Part shown: positions 60,130 to 64,000 of the stretch, piece after piece
Layout: every line of letters starts with the position of its first letter
Position numbering within the stretch: the stretch's first letter is position 1
Assembly (NCBI GenBank): GCA_965226795.1
Contig: CBDDDZ010000004.1
Span: 576,001 to 640,000, forward strand
DNA length: 64,000 bases
From: Candidatus Latescibacterota bacterium
Lineage (GTDB): Bacteria > Latescibacterota > UBA2968 > GCA-2709665
Direction of reading: 5' to 3'
Made by a program: the position numbers and the translations under genes
The notes under the pieces: model-generated
Seen by the model: only the letters and a program-made list of their open reading frames with translations
Databases searched by the model: none
Told to the model about the DNA's origin: nothing

Positions 60130-61758
60130 CTAATAATGATCGTGGCCGTGGCCGTGATCCTGCGGCTTTTTTTCCTCTTCCGGAACTTCCGTTACCAGCG
60201 CTTCCGTTGTCAGCAGAAGCCCGGCAATGCTGGCCGCATTCTCAACCGCGGAACGCACAACCTTGGTGGGATCCGCTACGCCGGATTCGATCAGGTTTTC
60301 GTAGGTTTCGGTAAGCGCGTTGAATCCGAAGGCGCCATCTCCCTCTTTCACCCGCTGCACAACCAGGCTGCCCTCGTGGCCCGCGTTATCGGCAATCTTC
60401 CTCAGGGGCGCTTCCAGCGCCTTGCTGAGAAGGTCCACGCCCGTCTTCTGATCCCTGCGAACCCGGCTGCGCACCGTGTCCAGCGACAAAATACATCTCA
60501 AGAGGGCTACGCCGCCGCCAGGCACAATTCCTTCCGCCACAGCCGCCCGGGTCGCGTGCAGGGCATCTTCCACTCTCGCCTTCTTTTCTTTCATTTCGGT
60601 TTCGGTCGCGGCTCCGACGTTCACCACTGCCACGCCGCCGGCCAGCTTGGCGAGTCGCTCCTGGAGTTTTTCCCGGTCGTAGTCCGAGGTTGTCTCCTCA
60701 ATTTGCATGCGAATCTGGCTGACGCGTCCCTGGATGTCGTCAGTCGACCCCGCGCCTTCCACAATTGTCGTATTGTCCTTGTCAATAACGATCCGCTTGG
60801 CCTGCCCCAGATCGTCGAGCTGGATATTTTCAAGTTTAATGCCCAGATCTTCGGAAATTACCCTGCCGCCGGTGAGAATGGCGATATCGGTAAGCATCTC
60901 CTTCCGGCGGTCGCCGTAGCCGGGCGCTTTTACCGCCGCCGCTCTAATGGTCCCCCGGACTTTATTCACAACAAAGGTCGCCAGCGCCTCACCCTCGACG
61001 TCTTCGGCGATCACCAATAACGCTCTGCCCGTTTGCGCCGTTTTCTCCAGCAACGGAAGGAGATCTTTCATGTTGGACAGCTTTTTCTCGTGGATGAGGA
61101 GGTAGGCATCTTCCAGAACCGCTTCCATATTGTCCTGGTCGGTTACAAAATACGGCGAAATATAACCTCGATCGAACTGCATGCCTTCCACCACGTCCAG
61201 CGTCGTCTCGATCGACTTGGCTTCTTCGACCGTTATCGTACCGTCTTTGCCCACCTTCTCCATGGAATCGGCGATAATTTCACCTATACCGCTGTCGTTG
61301 TTGGCTGAGATCATTGCCACCTGGGCGATCTCCTTGCGACCCTTGACCTCCTGTGACTGTGCCTTTAACGCATCGATCACGGCCCTGACGCCCTCGTCGA
61401 TTCCCCGCTTGATATCCATTGGGTTGGCTCCGGCCGTCACGTTCTTGAGCCCCTCGCTATAGATGGCTTCTGCGAGCACTGTGGCAGTGGTGGTGCCGTC
61501 ACCTGCCACGTCTGACGTCTTGGAAGCCACCTCTTTCACCATCTGGGCGCCCATATTCTCGTAGGGATCAGGCAGTTCAATCTCTTTGGCTACCGTGACT
61601 CCGTCTTTGGTTACGGTTGGCGAACCCCATTTCTTGCCCAGAACGACGTTCCGGCCACGGGGGCCCAGCGTCGCTTTCACGGCTTTACTCAGGATGCGCA
61701 CGCCATCGAGAACCTTTGACCGGGCGTCAATCCCGTAGCTCAGTTGCTTGGCTGCCAT
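60130..61758 (-). CDS. groL: Chaperonin GroEL
   Basis: [29 protein letters not shown]. Confidence 0.98.
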   Translation of the reverse strand: MAAKQLSYGIDARSKVLDGVRILSKAVKATLGPRGRNVVLGKKWGSPTVTKDGVTVAKEIELPDPYENMGAQMVKEVASKTSDVAGDGTTTATVLAEAIYSEGLKNVTAGANPMDIKRGIDEGVRAVIDALKAQSQEVKGRKEIAQVAMISANNDSGIGEIIADSMEKVGKDGTITVEEAKSIETTLDVVEGMQFDRGYISPYFVTDQDNMEAVLEDAYLLIHEKKLSNMKDLLPLLEKTAQTGRALLVIAEDVEGEALATFVVNKVRGTIRAAAVKAPGYGDRRKEMLTDIAILTGGRVISEDLGIKLENIQLDDLGQAKRIVIDKDNTTIVEGAGSTDDIQGRVSQIRMQIEETTSDYDREKLQERLAKLAGGVAVVNVGAATETEMKEKKARVEDALHATRAAVAEGIVPGGGVALLRCILSLDTVRSRVRRDQKTGVDLLSKALEAPLRKIADNAGHEGSLVVQRVKEGDGAFGFNALTETYENLIESGVADPTKVVRSAVENAASIAGLLLTTEALVTEVPEEEKKPQDHGHGHDHY

Positions 61759-61896
61759 TATGACCCTCCTAATTGCGGTTAAGTACGAAAACGGTACCGA
61801 TTCCGGGGATTCTGTTCCCCCTTACCCTTCAGACACATCCCATCCGTGCCCGGCTCGAATCAGGACACGCATAATTGCGTTGTCCGTGACTGTTTA

Positions 61897-62187
61897 TTAT
61901 TCCAGGATTCCCAGAATATCGTCTTCCGACGCGATTACAAGCTCCTCTCCGCCCACCTCCACATCGGTGCCGGCATATTGGCCAATGAGGACACGGTTGC
62001 CAATACCCACCGAAACCGGTACCGGATCGCCGGTTTTGTCGTTGACTTTGCCCGGCCCGACCGCGACGACCTCGGCTTCGAGTGGTTTTTCTTTGGCCGT
62101 ATCTGGAATAATGATGCCGCCCTGGACCTGTACATTGGCTTCAATCCGCCGTAGAAGTACCCGGTCGGCAAGAGGCTTCACCGTCAT
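61897..62187 (-). CDS. groS: Co-chaperonin GroES
   Basis: KPLADRV, GGIIIPDTAKEKP, VAVGPG. Confidence 0.95.
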   Translation of the reverse strand: MTVKPLADRVLLRRIEANVQVQGGIIIPDTAKEKPLEAEVVAVGPGKVNDKTGDPVPVSVGIGNRVLIGQYAGTDVEVGGEELVIASEDDILGILE

Positions 62188-62253
62188 CAGCTCCCCCTTC
62201 GCAAGAATGGCGTTTACGTTAACCCGTTTATTTATAGATATTTTATCCAATTA

Positions 62254-62280
62254 TTAGCACTCATTGTGCTCGAGTGCTAA
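62254..62280. promoter_or_regulatory. CIRCE operator (HrcA binding site)
   Basis: Perfect TTAGCACTC-N9-GAGTGCTAA upstream of groS. Confidence 0.96.
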
Positions 62281-62287
62281 TAGGACA

Positions 62288-62316
62288 AATATACAAGCTT
62301 TGATTTCATGGCGCAA
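62288..62316 (-). promoter_or_regulatory. sigma70 promoter of groESL
   Basis: Minus strand TTGCGC-17 nt-TATATT just upstream of CIRCE. Confidence 0.65.
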
Positions 62317-62415
62317 GGACAAATTCCCGAACTGAACAAAAAAGCGCATTACGACTGGTAATGCGCTTCGACCGAATTCCGCCGGTTCGTCTTATGTTAG
62401 TCCGTGATGCTCCGC

Positions 62416-62892
62416 CTAATTTATCGAACTCCTCAGCAGCTTTTTCTTCCGTGCGATCCGCTTCTCCAGGTGTTCTATTTCAGCCTCCAGCAGTTCGGGG
62501 AGATCCAGATCGTCGGCTTCTTCGGGCGGCGGCGGGTGTTCCGACGGAAGGGCGGCATCCGCCCAGTCTTCGTACCCGCCCGCCATCGAAATCACCCACT
62601 CATAGCCCAATTCCTTCAAAGACTCCGCGGCCAGCAGTGAACGTACCCCGCCAGCGCAATACACCACCACTTCCCTGGACTTATCGGGAATCCTGGATTC
62701 AGCCTCCGCTTCCAGGCGACCTCGCGGAATGTGAACGGCCCCCTGTAAATGTCCCGACTCCCATTCTTCCAGGGCGCGCACATCCAACAGGACCGGGCTC
62801 TCGCCGCTTTCAAGATGGCTGTGCACCTCCTGTACGCTCATCTCCGGAATCTCCCTGCGGGCTTCACTCAACAGGTCATCTCGGGATTTCAT
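62416..62892 (-). CDS. Rhodanese-domain protein with C-terminal coiled coil
   Basis: LLDVR..EWESGHLQGA, YCAGGVRS, MAGGY. Confidence 0.85.
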   Translation of the reverse strand: MKSRDDLLSEARREIPEMSVQEVHSHLESGESPVLLDVRALEEWESGHLQGAVHIPRGRLEAEAESRIPDKSREVVVYCAGGVRSLLAAESLKELGYEWVISMAGGYEDWADAALPSEHPPPPEEADDLDLPELLEAEIEHLEKRIARKKKLLRSSIN

Positions 62893-62963
62893 CGCCTCTG
62901 AGCTCCTTTGTGTCGTTTTTCCGGGTTTCGTTTCAAACTGAAATGACTCCACTGCGTTGGTTC

Positions 62964-64000
62964 TCACGCAGGCACCCGACCCGCCTGACCATGACATTTT
63001 TTATATTTTTTTCCGCTTCCACAGGGACATGGGTCGTTTCTGCCCACCTTCTGCACCCGAACCGGACGCTTCCTGGGCGGACCGCCTTCGGAAGCGCTGG
63101 TGGCGGTATCCGACATCGGCGACGCCTCGACTCCAGGGGCAAATCCCATACCTGTGGCGTCCTGATGCATGAGGGAGACTTGTTGAGGTTGGCGGCTTCT
63201 GGGCCTTGTCAATTCCTCTTCAACGGGGATGCGAAACAGGGTTTTCAGTGTTTCACGGTTGATCTCGTCCAGGAGATCGACGAACATCTGAAATCCTTCA
63301 CGCTTGTATTCGATCAGCGGGTCCTTTTGTCCGTATCCGCGCAGACCGATACCCTCCTTGAGATCGTCCATCTCCCTGAGGTGGTCCTTCCACTTTTCGT
63401 CGGTAACCCCCAGATAGACCATCCGCTCGATGTCCCGCATCCTTCCCGCGCCAATCAGACTCTCGCGTCGTCTATAGGCCGCCCTGATCCCGTCGAACAC
63501 CTTTTTTCGGTATCCATCCTCTTTAAGCTCGGGCAACGCCTCCGGGGGTACTACCGGAACCTGAAGGAATATCTGGCGCAGATCGCGATAGAGTCCGTCC
63601 AGATCCCACTCTTCGTGGGTGCCTTCATCCGGAAGATGGCTCCCAAACGAAGCGTTCACCACCTCCTCCATCGTTTCGTCGATCTGTTCGTAGAGATTGT
63701 GTTGCTCCAGCGCGTGGCGCCGCCGGTCATATACGACCTCCCGTTGCTGATTCATCACGTCGTCGTATTCAAGCAGATGTTTGCGCACCTCAAAGTTTCG
63801 GCCTTCCACGCGTTTCTGCGCCCGCTCGATAGATCGGGTCACCATCCGGTGTTCGATCACCTCGCCCTCTTCGGCTCCCAGTCGGTCCATAATCCGGGCA
63901 ATCCTTTCGGATCCGAAGAGCCGCATCAGATCGTCTTCCAATGAGATGAAAAACCGGGAATTTCCGGGGTCGCCCTGTCGGCCAGCGCGTCCCCGGAGCT
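62964..64000 (-). CDS. secA: Preprotein translocase SecA, 3' part (cut by window edge)
   Basis: [45 protein letters not shown]. Confidence 0.97.
   Translation of the reverse strand, partial: LRGRAGRQGDPGNSRFFISLEDDLMRLFGSERIARIMDRLGAEEGEVIEHRMVTRSIERAQKRVEGRNFEVRKHLLEYDDVMNQQREVVYDRRRHALEQHNLYEQIDETMEEVVNASFGSHLPDEGTHEEWDLDGLYRDLRQIFLQVPVVPPEALPELKEDGYRKKVFDGIRAAYRRRESLIGAGRMRDIERMVYLGVTDEKWKDHLREMDDLKEGIGLRGYGQKDPLIEYKREGFQMFVDLLDEINRETLKTLFRIPVEEELTRPRSRQPQQVSLMHQDATGMGFAPGVEASPMSDTATSASEGGPPRKRPVRVQKVGRNDPCPCGSGKKYKKCHGQAGRVPA

Noticed and set aside
62361..63944. 527-aa plus-strand ORF and other long shadow ORFs (e.g. 7368-8429, 16035-17228, 57045-58157, 60136-61020)
   Set aside because: Antisense to well-supported genes; expected in GC-rich DNA; no recognisable motifs

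Overview
GC-rich bacterial chromosomal segment. The dockerin/EF-hand beta-propeller, GWxTD, ankyrin, LRR and MORN-like proteins suggest a Latescibacterota/Gemmatimonadota-like, possibly host-associated organism (inference only). 1-19 kb: metabolic genes (opine dehydrogenase, moaB, phosphoesterase, HDAC family, pheA plus aminotransferase, GWxTD protein, Gfo/Idh/MocA enzymes, class-III aminotransferase with E1 alpha/beta). 19-44 kb: a decaying accessory zone with REP-like palindromes, IS remnants, several pseudogenes (including uvrA) and a helicase-IV-like helicase/nuclease. It also holds an intact CxxC/RAPP leader peptide-lipoprotein-TonB receptor locus. 44-64 kb: mostly housekeeping genes (queD, hinT, yidD, lgt, chdC-like, purH, sigma70, ECF sigma/anti-sigma/HtrA-like, acs, queC, groESL with a perfect CIRCE, rhodanese, 3' part of secA). 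No rRNA, tRNA or CRISPR array was found. Best leads: the putative metal-sensing RAPP arrest-peptide locus, a catalytically dead HtrA in the ECF operon, a ZTP-riboswitch-like variant before purH, and an attenuator-like leader at 14.1 kb. All family calls come from motif reading by eye, not database searches; several start codons were moved to the RBS-supported position.
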